Assembly (NCBI GenBank): GCA_951804945.1
Contig: OX638159.1
Coordinates: forward strand, 39,618,001 to 39,682,000
Direction: 5' to 3'
DNA from: Podarcis cretensis
Taxonomy: Eukaryota
DNA: 64,000 bases
This document shows, one piece after another, positions 36,501-47,800 of this stretch. Both the position numbers and the translations under genes were made by a program. The notes under the pieces are model-generated. The model was not told where the DNA came from. It did not search any database and saw only the letters and a program-made list of their open reading frames with translations. The first letter of the stretch is position 1; every line of letters starts with the position of its first letter.

Positions 36501-39500
36501 CAAAATATCTTTTACCACTTGGTTACTGTCATTATGTACACTGATGTAGCTGGAAAATGTCTCTCCTAAGAATATATTTCTGTTCAAGAAGGGAGGAGAA
36601 AAGAGAACTGTTAAAACCATTGCTTTGAATAAATCTCTAAAATCTATTATTGCCACTTTTAACAACAGCATGGACTTCTGTTATCGTACCATGAAAGCCA
36701 TATTTATAGAGTTCCATTTTTGCATCTTCTAGCATTGATGTTATTGCATGCACATGGCTAAAAGCCTCTGAAGACAATCTTGTGGTTTCAGTATTTAACA
36801 TAGTGCCTAAGCACAGCACTATGTTGACAAGAACAAACAAAATGACAATAAGTAAGCTAGTCTGAGCTAACTAAGGCACACAGCATGGATGTGTACAGTG
36901 GTGCCTCGCAAGACGAAATTAATCCGTTCCGTGAGGCTCTTCGTATAGCGGGTTTTTCGTCTTGTGAAGCAAGCCCAATGACAGCTTAGCGGATTAGCGC
37001 TATTAGCGGTTTGGCGGCTTTTAGCGGTTTGGCGGCTTATCAGTGGATCAGCTGATAAGCGGCTTAGCGGCTTAGGAAAAGGGGGGGAAAGGGGGGGAAC
37101 CCGCAGGAACTCACAAGACATTTTCGTCTTGCGAAGCAAGCCCATAGGGAAATTCGTTTTGCGAAGCGCCTCCAAAACTGAAAACCTTTTCGTCCAGCGG
37201 GTTTTCCGTCTTGCGAGGCGTTCATCTTGTGGGGCACCACTGTATATGAGTATGTTGTGTAGATTTTAAAAGGGAATTAGGGAGATTTGTGTGTGGAAGA
37301 TAAGGATAACATGATGGCTATATGACACCTCCAGGTTCATAGGCAACACCACTGGCTGGGGAATCAAGAGTGGGAAAGAATTATTGTCCTTACATTCTGC
37401 TTGCAGGCTTTCCATAGCTATCTGATCGGTCACTATGGGAAAGAGGACGGTGGACTAGATAGGTTTAGTCAAAAGCAGAAGGGCTGTTCTTATATTCAAA
37501 ATCAGGGTCTGGTAGTTGCTAGCTTTACTTTTAACTCACCACCTTTGTTTAACAGTAAAGATCTCTTCATGCTTCATCCAATGACTGTTTACTCAGAGGT
37601 ACCACTGATTCAAAGTTAGAAACCATAATAGATGGCTTTCTAACCCTGTAACGCAAGAGGCCCTTGGAAACAGTTTGTGGCAGGGGGAAATTAAGAATAA
37701 TAATAGACTTTATCCATAGGAAGGACAAGGAAGATAGGCTTAGGCCACAGTCCTAAGAGCAAGGGTCAGCAACCTATTTCAGCCGTGGGCCGGTCCACTG
37801 TCCCTCAGACCATGTGGTGGGCCGGATTATATTGGGGGGGGGATGAACAAATTCCTATGCCCTACAAATAACCCAGAGATGCATTTTAAATAAAAGCACA
37901 CATTCTACTCATATAAAAACACACTGATTCCCAGACCATCCGCAGGCTGGATTGAGTAGGCAATTGGGTCGCATCCGGCCCACGGACCTTAGGTTGCCTA
38001 CCCCTGCCTAAGAGCATTCTAAGTTGGAAGCAAGTACAACTGAAACCGCTGGTATTTACAATATTAGGACAGTTCTGCACAGGACTAGAGATCATAAAAC
38101 AATTATCTCAACAAATCTACACATCTATATACAATTCTTACCCAAAATTCTGAGGCAAAGTCAACATTTCCCCAAGCATTAATGTTTCTGCTCCTTTTAC
38201 TGTGGAAGGATCATCTTTCATTAACTGGTTAAACAGATCTCCTACAGTAATATAAAATTATATGTCAGGTCAACTACCGTATATTGATATTTCTATATAA
38301 ACTAATTAAATACTTTAATTGATTAGCCACTGGCTTTTAACTTATTATAATATATTTTCATCTGAACATACGATTGAAAATACATGTGAAGTGGCATTCC
38401 TGTTAGAAGGAAGGGACATTTAATCTTTTTGATATACTAAATGGCAGAGTTCTAAACAAGCACCTCTAAGCAGTTTTGTAATATGTATAAACAGCAGTTT
38501 AAACAGACTTTTTGTAGTTCCTTGAATTTTATTGTTTCTTTAAAAAAAACACCAATAAAACATTCAACAGTAATTTATCTGCTATCTTTGGAAGGAAAAG
38601 TGACCCAGAAACTTCTTGGCAAACATTGGCTCCAGTTCTCATGAATTCTTGCAAGACCTGCTAGCTGAGATCTTCTGATTTTTGTTGTTGTTTTGAAAGG
38701 CTATCATTTCATGTCTCTCAGTTCTATGGGGTGTTACAGGGAAAGTATTCCATGTGGGCATACATGGCAATAAATGAAGCAATGCCAAAAAAAGGAAAAT
38801 AAATTTTAAGTTTCTGTACTCTGGTTTGAAAAAGAAGGGATCTGAAATGTCCATGTGCTCCGCATAGTGGTGAACATCAATCATTCCACATTACTGAGTT
38901 TTTAGCTTGCTAGGACTGTGCTAACACACCCACACTCCCACTATGCTGATGACTGGGGACTTACGATGGTGCATAAGTGTGTTCCTACTGGCCTCTGCCA
39001 ATGGAGAGAAACATGCAATAACCTGTACATTGTTAGCAGAAAAGTTTCCTACAGAACCCAGGTTTCATGAAGTATCGCAATTGCACTGGTTCACACACAG
39101 GCAAACTACTGGTCACAATCCCTGAGCTTTAACTTAACTACAATATTTGACACTGGTGTTGTTCAGCAACACTCCACACATTCAAGTACAGTATTTTCAG
39201 GTATACACTGGCCTAACAACAAATCTAACAGCAGTGTGCCTCTATATGTAGATCTACCAGAGTTTGCGTATTATTTAACACCATAACAAATTTTACCTGG
39301 CAAGTCTCTCTCTTCACAGGTCACAGGAATATTGGTGAACAATGTAGGTTTGGTCAGCCTCATTACTGTGAATTTAGAAAGCAAATTCCACATTAATCAC
39401 ACACCTCATCACCAGGACTTCACTAGAAGCTCAACATATTTAACTTCAAAATAAGAACCATAAGACCTGTTTGGATATTACGGTACCTTGTCCCTGGAAT

Positions 39501-42500
39501 TCTGCCCAAGTTTTATGTATTTTGTTTGTTTGTACTGAGCACAAGAAAAGGAGATGAAATTGGGCTTAATGTGAAAACAACTAGAAATGCAGGAAGTGTT
39601 CATTCACATAGATACTTGAGCTAAGACAAAAAGCATGCATATCCATTTTTTTAAAATCCCACCAATAATATTTTTTTAAAAATGTTTTAGGATAATCATG
39701 GATAACTGCAAAAATCATTTTAACAAAACACAATACTCATAACCGCCTTGATCCTTATCCAACCATGTTGAGAGTACCATTTGTAAGCAGTTGTTTGGTC
39801 CAAAGGATAGTTGACTCCCCCTAAGGCAGACTGGGGGGGCAGGGAGGTTTGCAGTCAACCAAAGCTTTCCCCATTCATTCAAATGTAGATATTAAGGCTG
39901 GACCAGGGCCTGTAAACTATCGATTGTAGACCCTCCAAGTGTCCCTATTTTCCAGGGACAGTCCTGGATTTACAGAAGCTGTTCAAATTTCTGATTTTAT
40001 CCCAAAATGTCCTGCTTTTCCTTAGTATGTCCCAATTTTCATCAGAGATATATTGGAGGATATGGAGTTATCCAACCCCTGAAGATAGCCCTGTACAGGG
40101 AAGATTTTTAATGTTTAAAGTTTTACAGTATTATGTTTTTATATATGTTGGAAGCAGCCCACAGTTGCTGGCGTAACCCAGTCAGATGCTGAGGTATAAA
40201 AAGAAGAATAAGAAGATAGAATAGGACATTCCTATTTTTATCGAAGAAATGTCGGAGGGTATGTGATTGCAATAGAATTTGCTTACAAATGACCATGTTT
40301 AGATGGCATACATTTTCTAAGGACTGCTAAGAACACAAAGAAGTCTTGCCTCTGTACAGAACATAATGGCCAGTAGGACAGCATTCTGCCCACTGCCGAT
40401 GTGACTACAATCTATAGGAAGCAAAAATGTAGGCCAAACACACAAAAAGGGAAACAAATATATCAGCATGATGGACTTCATAAAATTAAAGTTTAGAAAT
40501 TATTACTCCAACACAGCAGCCTTTCTTTTTATTGTTCATTAATTTTAGACAAATCATTCCAAACAAATGTTTTTTCCTCTAATTTTCAATAAATCCATAC
40601 TCTGAAAAAAGTCAATCCTCTAATCAAAGGGTACATATATAGAGAACATGACTTACTATAGCTCAGAATCTTGAGTTCTTTCTACGTGAGCGAAGAAATA
40701 TACAAGGAGGGCTTCTAATTTAAATAAAATGGAAAATGCCCAAGATAAGCTAATTACTTCCCTTCTGCCCCCCCACCACCACCACAGATTTTTTTCAAAA
40801 ACATTGTAAGGCAACAAAGTGTATTTAAAATATAACATTTCACAGAAAGTAGCAATGCCTTGTTATAAAGCTACAGACTATGTATGATTCCATATTTGTG
40901 AACAAACAAATTTATTTTCCCCAAAAGGTTTAATTTTTCTCTAAGGTTGTTGGCAACATATTCACAGTACAGTATATCACAGAAAACTGAAATCTGCCCT
41001 TCACATCTCTGGATCGTAGCATTACAAGATGGCAGTTCATTGTGTTTGATCATCTTGTTGAGCTTTACCCAAATGTCCTCCAACGTTTGACTACCAAATG
41101 TAGATGGTTCTATTATCCACTGGGCTCTATAGAATGCATGGAGCTTTAATTTGTCTAAAGTGCTCTGCAGTTCTCTAGATAAAGGAAGAATCTTGTCTTT
41201 GAGCTTGGTGTTGGGAAGAGACACACTCCAAGACCTTCTCAGCTTCTGCTTGCTGCTTGATGTTTGCTTTTCCAAATTGCTTAAATTGTTTCTTTCATGC
41301 TCAGCTTGCAAACACTTCCCAGCTTTTACATCAGGATCAAATTCCTTAAGCCCTGCAGTACAGTCATAAGATGGGGAGCAGCAAGCAGTTTCTATGGCTG
41401 CAATATGTTGTTTCATTTGCTCTACTTCTTCACCAGAAATAACTGGAGCGATTCTTTTAGGTTTGAGGGGAAGTTGACGCAAGTCATTTGGAAACCAGGG
41501 TATGAAACTTGGGAGCTTCCTAACAGGAAATTCTTTCAGTGCCTCTTCTGCGATTCTTTGCAATGCTGCAGGGTCCCTTTGCCATGCTCGATAGTGTAGA
41601 ATCACCTCCATGCTTGTACAACAGGAATCCACATGTTCTTATTTTAAATGTTTCTTGGACAGCAGCTTCATCACTAATGATATAATCACTTAAAAGAATC
41701 TTTTCATGCCATGTGCTGTGCAGTTCAGAAGAAAACAGGACCTAGAGCAGAAGTATTGCAAGTAATAAGACATGCTAGCAGTTTTCCCACTAAAGTTCAC
41801 CATCATGTTGACGCAGTTATCGCTAGAAAATGCTATAGTAAGTGTAATGGACGGCAAACGTATGCAGTTGGAAACCCAAACCACAACAGCACCCCCTCGG
41901 ACTTATAGTTTTTTTGTTTCTGTCAGACATCTGGGTTTGCTGCAACTGCTAATTCAAACCCGAATGCTACATAAGTTTCTCCAATACAGAAATTAAACAA
42001 GTGAGATGGCCCTACTGTAAGGGAGCTGTGATACACCACCAAATTTCTGAACTTCTGTGAGTGCCAAACAACATGCTGTCTTAAACATATATCTCGGCAT
42101 TGCACAACTGTTTCCTTCCAACTCTAAAGTGGCTTCCCAATTGTGGAATGCCCTCCCCTCACAGACTCAGCTGATGCCAACGCTGATCGGTTTTATGCAT
42201 CGTGTAGACATCCCTATCTGAGCAAGCATTTTGAAGGACTGGATATGTTTTCTCATCCTCATGGTGTGATATAAATCAGATTTATTGTTGTACTGGTTTG
42301 CTTTTTCAGATTGTTTATTTTTATTGCTAAACAAATAAATAGCAGTCACAGAAGGGGCAGAATCAGGAACATGGGCTGCAGTGCGTGGGGGGGGTTAACC
42401 CTTTTACTTCCACACTGTGGCCCTGATGACAATTTCTTCACATACTGTTTGTCACAGGCAGGAAGCTTTCATGCAGTAGTAGTAGCTGTTGCTTATGACT

Positions 42501-44151
42501 CCTAAGAAGAAGGAAGGATAGCAGAGTTGGAATGTTACTATAGTAGGATAATAATTGAAAAAAGAGGAAGAGAAGCTGGGAGGACTGAAATTATTCATGT
42601 TCATGGTAACATCTGAAGTGTATGCATGCACATGGGGTCACAATTTTAGACTGGATAGTGTTCCAAGTACTGTCTATGTTATTTGTGTTGTCACAGATGA
42701 AAGTTAGCCTTAGAAGCAGGAAGGCAAAAAATGTTTTAAAAGAGATTCCTGGAACCATTCTTCCACAAATCTGCATCTTTGGGTCCTTACTTTGAAGGTC
42801 CCCCTTTTTTCTTGCTTGCTCTGCAATTCTTTAGAGCATCTACTCCACAGTGTGTATGTACTTTCTCTCTTTAGTGTTCCTTGCTGGCAACTACAGAAAT
42901 ATATATTGCCATGAAATGCCTTTAAAGCATTTCTGCCTACAGAAGTGTATTGGGATTGTGCTTTGTGATGCTCATACACTCCACTTCCCCATAAGGAAAA
43001 TATTTCAAAAGAGTTGCCTTTTTCATCAACTCATTATTTGTAAGAACTTGAGGGGATACTGGGACAGGAGATAGGAAGGGTTCTAATTTCAACAACTGCT
43101 TAGGTACTGGTCCCAATCAATGCACTCTCCACACATCCTTCACAGCTTTTCTGGTACTCTTAGTGGCCATTTTTTCTCAGGAGAATGTTTCCATGTGGTA
43201 AACTCATACAACTGAAACTTCAAGGAAGCAGGTGAGAACTAGTTCCATTAATCTTGTTCTTCCATCTGAGGTTGCAGAAATGGGTTTGGTTTTTTCCTAA
43301 ATAGCTTGTGTTGTGTTACAAAGAAAGGATATATATTGGAAGGACTGAGGGATTTCCTCTTTAGCAGCTGATTGTATCTAAGGCTTGACAGATTTTTATT
43401 TATTTTTTAGTTCAAGGAAATGTTCCATTTTCTGGGAGCTGACGAGAAGATAACAGGCACCCCCTTTTTCAAAGCTCACTCCCAGAGCAGCTGTATAATA
43501 TTGCAGCCCCGCTTGCTTTAGAAATGTTTACACACCACCCATCTCTGAAACTTGTTCTGCAGCAACATTGTCCCTCTTGAGTCATAGCTGGGCAAGCGCA
43601 AGAAAGGCCTGCCAACTGAAGATTTCGCAATGGATTTTGAGATGCAGTTCTTGCTTATACAAAACTGCACAAAAAAACAAGAACACCTTACCATTTCCTA
43701 GGGAAGCGATGATGTCCTTATCTTTTAAAAGAAATCTGAAAACGTTGGGAGATTCCCCGTCCTGAGTGCACACTCTGGCTTGAACCAATGAGGCTGGATC
43801 TAGGGTCACTTTCCGAGCTCTTTATTCAACAACGTGCCCTGGCAGGTGGAATAAGGAACCGACCTTTTGAAAAGGATAGCCCACTTCTCCTGCAAATTAG
43901 CTTTGGGCCACCAACCTGCCGATCCCTCCCAGGTTTAATTGCCTTAGACCCACCCGCTTTGGTCTCCTAAAAACAGCGGCCAAGGGAGCCGCCGCAGAAA
44001 GGAAGCGGGGCTGGATTCTCTTCTTCTGGTCCCTTGCAGGATTTGCTTTTCAGCTGCTAAGCCCCAGGCCAAATCCCAAGGAGCGGAGGAAGCGAGAGCG
44101 AGTACCTTTCAGGGCCAAGAGATGCTCCTGCTTGGGCTGGGTAACATCCAT
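24440..44151 (-). CDS. TRAPPC13: Trafficking protein particle complex subunit 13 (TRAPPIII); 13 exons, 416 aa (417 with the alternative NAGNAG acceptor)
   Basis: complement join(44106-44151,39297-39365,38142-38241,36495-36579,35924-36051,35428-35500,33624-33668,31723-31740,28073-28206,27063-27261,25683-25783,24864-25011,24440-24544) = 1251 nt, open frame, GT-AG introns. Confidence 0.96.
24864..25011 (-). CDS. TRAPPC13: TRAPPC13 exon 12 (alternative start 25014)
   Basis: [49 protein letters not shown]; acceptor CAG CAG. Confidence 0.94.
25683..25783 (-). CDS. TRAPPC13: TRAPPC13 exon 11
   Basis: [33 protein letters not shown]. Confidence 0.94.
27063..27261 (-). CDS. TRAPPC13: TRAPPC13 exon 10
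   Basis: [66 protein letters not shown]. Confidence 0.95.
27667..27910. mobile_element. Tc1/mariner (Tigger/Tc2-like) MITE
   Basis: TA|CAGTCGTACCTTGGTTCTCGAAC ... GTTCAAGAACCGAGGTACGACTG|TA; about 23-bp TIRs with a TA TSD. Confidence 0.85.
28073..28206 (-). CDS. TRAPPC13: TRAPPC13 exon 9
   Basis: [44 protein letters not shown]. Confidence 0.94.
29181..29342. repeat. Long near-perfect inverted repeat (74/77-bp arms, 11-nt spacer)
   Basis: Arms 29181-29254 and 29266-29342 differ by 2 substitutions and one 3-nt indel. Confidence 0.92.
31723..31740 (-). CDS. TRAPPC13: TRAPPC13 18-nt microexon (SDLSSV)
   Basis: Long polypyrimidine tract ...ttttcccattag|AGTGACCTCAGTTCTGTG|gtaatt; phase 0/0. Confidence 0.85.
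32955..33125 (-). mobile_element. CR1 LINE 3' end
   Basis: agaatcatagaactgtagagttgg... is the reverse complement of the CR1 3' terminus ending in (ATTCTAT/GATTCT) repeats. Confidence 0.65.
33624..33668 (-). CDS. TRAPPC13: TRAPPC13 exon 7
   Basis: [15 protein letters not shown]. Confidence 0.93.
35428..35500 (-). CDS. TRAPPC13: TRAPPC13 exon 6
   Basis: [24 protein letters not shown]. Confidence 0.94.
35924..36051 (-). CDS. TRAPPC13: TRAPPC13 exon 5
   Basis: [42 protein letters not shown]. Confidence 0.94.
36495..36579 (-). CDS. TRAPPC13: TRAPPC13 exon 4
   Basis: [28 protein letters not shown]. Confidence 0.94.
36896..37242. mobile_element. Tc1/mariner-type MITE with internal TTAGCGG-like microrepeats
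   Basis: TA|CAGTGGTGCCTCGCAAGACG ... CATCTTGTGGGGCACCACTG|TA; internal repeats of ttagcgg and cgtcttgcg. Confidence 0.85.
37760..38006. mobile_element. hAT non-autonomous DNA transposon (MITE)
   Basis: CAAGGGTCAGCAACCT ... AGGTTGCCTACCCCTG; perfect 8-bp TSD CCTAAGAG at 37752-37759 and 38007-38014. Confidence 0.85.
38142..38241 (-). CDS. TRAPPC13: TRAPPC13 exon 3
   Basis: [33 protein letters not shown]. Confidence 0.94.
39297..39365 (-). CDS. TRAPPC13: TRAPPC13 exon 2
   Basis: [23 protein letters not shown]. Confidence 0.94.
39927..40263. mobile_element. Composite TIR element (MITE-like) with a duplicated 3' terminus
   Basis: Termini TAGACCCTCCAA ... TCGGAGGGTATG; a similar terminus also ends near 40063; flanks cgattg/tgattg may be a TSD. 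Confidence 0.5.
40528..40533 (-). terminator. Candidate SHLD3 polyadenylation signal inside TRAPPC13 intron 1
   Basis: Minus-strand AATAAA about 340 nt after the SHLD3 stop. Confidence 0.5.
40871..41611 (-). CDS. SHLD3: Shieldin complex subunit 3 (RINN1), single coding exon nested in TRAPPC13 intron 1; 246 aa
   Basis: ATG in strong context (agcATGg) at 41611 gives MEVILHY...[14 protein letters not shown]...[13 protein letters not shown]. Contains the FxPWFP and PxxxAP REV7-binding motifs, [10 protein letters not shown], and a C-terminal eIF4E-like region ending [13 protein letters not shown]. The ORF-track start at 41632 is a GTG. Confidence 0.93.
   Translation of the reverse strand: MEVILHYRAWQRDPAALQRIAEEALKEFPVRKLPSFIPWFPNDLRQLPLKPKRIAPVISGEEVEQMKQHIAAIETACCSPSYDCTAGLKEFDPDVKAGKCLQAEHERNNLSNLEKQTSSSKQKLRRSWSVSLPNTKLKDKILPLSRELQSTLDKLKLHAFYRAQWIIEPSTFGSQTLEDIWVKLNKMIKHNELPSCNATIQRCEGQISVFCDILYCEYVANNLREKLNLLGKINLFVHKYGIIHSL
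44106..44151 (-). CDS. TRAPPC13: TRAPPC13 exon 1 coding part (probably also exon 1 of SHLD3)
   Basis: [15 protein letters not shown], donor AAG|GTACT. Confidence 0.93.
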
Positions 44152-44714
44152 CGCTGCAGCCGCTCCCGGGCCTCTTCCTCCTTTACGGAATCAGCCGAGG
44201 CCCAACTTCCTCCGGCCGCGAACAAGAGGTTCACTCCCCGCCGGCTTTGGCCCGCTTCCTTCTCCCAGCTGTGCTCCTCGCAATGCAAGTCGCCTCCGCA
44301 ATCGAGCCAGAAACTACAATCCCCAGCGTGCTCTTTGGATCGTCCGTATCTCCATAGGCGCCTCTGCTTGCTTTTATTTCCTGCACCGTGGAAAAGGCGA
44401 GCTGTCAAAGTGATGCATGATGGGAGCTGTAGTTTTTTTTTTTAACGTCCCTCGGCGCCGCTATCATGGCGGCCAATGGCATAGTGGGAAACGGGGAGTG
44501 ACAAGAAACGGACATGCGCAGTGCTTAGAAACCACAGACCGGGTTAAGATACGGGGAAAGCGACCTTGTTGTGTGTGTTTTGACGTTTGTCTCCTTTACC
44601 TACGGCTCTCTTTGGTGACGTAGGCGCGTAACCCCGCCCCGTCTCCAGGGGGACACTCCGCTGTGGGAGCGGCGAAGGCAGCTTCTTCTTGGTCTTTCTC
44701 CTTCCTTCTCCAAG

Positions 44715-44807
44715 ATGGCCGCGCTAGGTGTAAACAAGGTCGGGGCTAGTGCGGGGCTGGATGCCGGGAGCAGGCAGAGCCGGAGTCCGGCCGGGCCTGT
44801 GGTGAAG
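44715..44807 (+). CDS. TRIM23: TRIM23 exon 1
   Basis: [31 protein letters not shown]; donor AAG|GTGAG. Confidence 0.92.
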
Positions 44808-47800
44808 GTGAGCAGAGGGAGGCCGGGGGGGGGGGGCTTCCAAGCCGCCTTGGCGGGGCCCCCTCGTCGTTCGCTGTCTTGGGTGGGGGCGGGAGGAAAG
44901 AGAGAGAGGGGGGGGAGCCCCCGCCCCCTTTGGGCTCCCGGGCTGTAGCGCCTTCATCTCCTGCAAGAGCCTTCACGTTTTGCGGGTCGGTTCTCTCCGG
45001 TTGTGCCCATGTTGGGCAACCCTCGTGTGTATTTACCCCGNNNNNNNNNNNNNNNNNNNNNNNNNNNNNNNNNNNNNNNNNNNNNNNNNNNNNNNNNNNN
45101 NNNNNNNNNNNNNNNNNNNNNNNNNNNNNNNNNNNNNNNNNNNNNNNNNNNNNNNNNNNNNNNNNNNNNNNNNNNNNNNNNNNNNNNNNNNNNNNNNNNN
45201 NNNNNNNNNNNNNNNNNNNNNNNNNNNNNNNNNNNNNNNNNNNNNNNNNNNNNNNNNNNNNNNNNNNNNNNNNNNNNNNNNNNNNNNNNNNNNNNNNNTA
45301 TGTTCTGTACTGTTTAAAGCAAGGGGGGTGCCCAGAGCGATTTACCATGCGTGTCAGATAGGTTTGACAAATGAGGTGGGACAAGGTAGGGGGAATCTCA
45401 CATGTAGGGTTCCAGCTTTTTTCTCTGGCAGGTTTCTAGCTTTTTGCATCTATTCAGTAGGCGGTAAATAAGCAAGTGGAACATCTTAGGACATGAAGAT
45501 GCAGCGGTGGCAAAGAAACAGAAAATGTAGGGTTGTGTGCAGCTAATTTAGACCCATCTAAATTAATGGACATTACTAACTTTGATTTCCATGGGTCTGC
45601 TTTGAGTAGTTCTGCCTGTCATTGAGTTGTTGAAGGTATAAGGAAATGTTCCATTATAGATGGCAAGAATATAAAGGGGCAGAACAGATGAAGAGATGAA
45701 ACTGGTACACTGGGATTCCCATGCATTTGGGAACTGTGCAAACATTTGTTACAGAACTGGAAACATATTAAGTATCGTAAACAATATGGACATTGTATCT
45801 TGATAGCCTTCTGTCTTATTTTGAAAATATTGCAGGGGGTTGAACTAGATGGTCCTCGTGGTCCCTTCCAGCTCTACAGTCCTATGATTCTATAATTCTT
45901 TGATGCAAAAATGCATTATGTTCGTTCCACAAGAGTGTCTAGTGACCTTGGGTGGGTTATAATCATGAACATGAGATCCAGTTTGTGGCTATACATCGTT
46001 TTTATGTTCTGCCATACAGAAAAATGTGCATAATGCAGATAGAAGTTACCTTGAGCAATAGATACTTAATAATCCTGGACCAAAATGTATGGTTTCACCC
46101 TAAGGGTCAGCCTGACAGCTGAGTTCACGAAAGTTACAAACCCACACAAATGGGTTGTATTCCAGCTTGCCCACATCTATGTTAGTTACAGTGGTGGGTT
46201 TGTATTTGCTATTTTAATGCAGGTATTTTAAATTATGAATTGTTACATTATTGATATATACTTGTTTAATTTGTAATTTTTGCATGCCGTCTTATTAAAA
46301 GTTTCTTTTTTAAAATTGGGATATAAATTTATTAAGTAAATAAATAAATAAATTGGAATTTTTGCTGTTGTGGAATAAAAAATGTGATTTCTGATAAAGA
46401 CCTTTGTTGGAAAATAGTTGTTACTTTCTTTGAAGTGCTATCTTAAGCTCAGTTACTTGAAAGGTTCTCCATCCTGTGTAGAAGTACAACTATACGGAGA
46501 CTAATACCTATACCCTATACCTATACCCCTTACCTAGAAGTCAGCCCCAATTCACTCAGTAGGACAGATGTGTGTAGTAAGGTCTAGGGAATACAACATA
46601 CCAACCACTAAGGAAGTGCTTTGGGTCATGGACTACAGTTTTTAGGATCCACTAATTATCTGGTAGTTCTTAGTATATAGAGCTAACCTGAAACTTAATC
46701 ATAATGAGGTCTGACCTGAGAGACTGATGCGGCTGTCCTCATCCCCATCCATAGTGGCATCTGTTGGCTGCATCCAAATAGACATTGTTAACAATGAAGC
46801 TGGCTTAAAGCGAGTCAGAATATTGGTCTAAGTAAGTACTGTTGATGCTGACAGGCAGTGCCAGGACTTCCAGCACAAGTCCCAGGCCTACCTGGAGATA
46901 TAAGGGATTGAACCTGGGACCTTTTTTGCCTGCTCTTTACCACTAACTTTTAGCTCTTCCCTAGTGCTTAAAAACTGAACGTATTCCCTTGTAAATTATA
47001 GGTTCTGGAATGTGGAGTCTGTGAAGATGTATTTTCACTGCAAGGAGACAAAGTTCCCAGACTGCTTTTGTGTGGTCATACAGTCTGTCATGACTGTCTC
47101 ACTCGACTTCCTCTCCATGGCAGAGCAGTTCGGTGTCCTTTTGATCGGCAGGTTACTGAATTAGGTAAGCTGCTTATAAATTGTTGAATTAAGAACATAA
47201 GAAAAGCCCTGTTGGGAAGACTAATGACGTGTGTAGGTCCACCATCCTGTTCTCAAATTGACTAACCAGATGCCTATGGGAGGCCCACAAGGAGGACACC
47301 AGTGCAGCAGCACTCTCCCCGCTAGTATTAGTACTACCTCTCACGCTGGAGGTAGCAGTCATTTTATACAGGTTCGCCAAATGGGCAGGTACAACAGACA
47401 CACTTAGAATATATCTGCATAGCTTGAATATACTGAGGCAAGCCACCACTTAAACAACAAAACACTGACATTGGTTGCAAGGCAGTTCAGAAGTTTGACT
47501 TGCGCGCTTCAAAAGTTGCAGCAATGTGATGTGATGAAAAGAGCAATGTGCACTATGAAAACGTATGGAAGATTTAATGTTTTAGAGGAAGGATTGTTGG
47601 AAAAATGCTCCCCCCCCTCCCCCGGACCTCTGAGCGTCTCCCGGTAGGCACGTCTCTGGAATGGCATGTCCCTTCATCTCCAGAGTGCCTCTCTGCGACA
47701 CTTTTCATATGAAAAGTACACACAAGTCTTCTAGTATCCTACAGCAAGAAGAAAGAAACATCCGTAGATCTAAACTACATTTTATTTACATTCTATACAG

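Larger units (their letters stand above)
43970..45040. promoter_or_regulatory. CpG island / bidirectional promoter TRAPPC13-SHLD3(-)/TRIM23(+)
   Basis: The two ATGs are about 560 bp apart. Two opposed ZNF143/Staf-like motifs (44312-44331 and 44415-44433), CCAAT near 44473, CRE-like TGACGT at 44581 and 44616, GC box near 44632, YY1-like CAAGATGGC at the TRIM23 ATG. Confidence 0.82.

Noticed and set aside
36985-37075. Short interspersed repeats (ttagcgg/ttggcggct) resembling a repeat-spacer or telomeric array
   Set aside because: Internal microrepeats of a TA-flanked MITE; not a CRISPR array and not TTAGGG.
41612-41632. ORF-track N-terminal extension MDSCCTS of SHLD3
   Set aside because: It starts at a GTG. 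The first in-frame ATG after the upstream stop is 41611, in strong Kozak context, and matches the known N-terminus (EVILHY).
44746-45471. ORFs of 104-212 aa containing X runs
   Set aside because: Artefacts of translating through the N gap.
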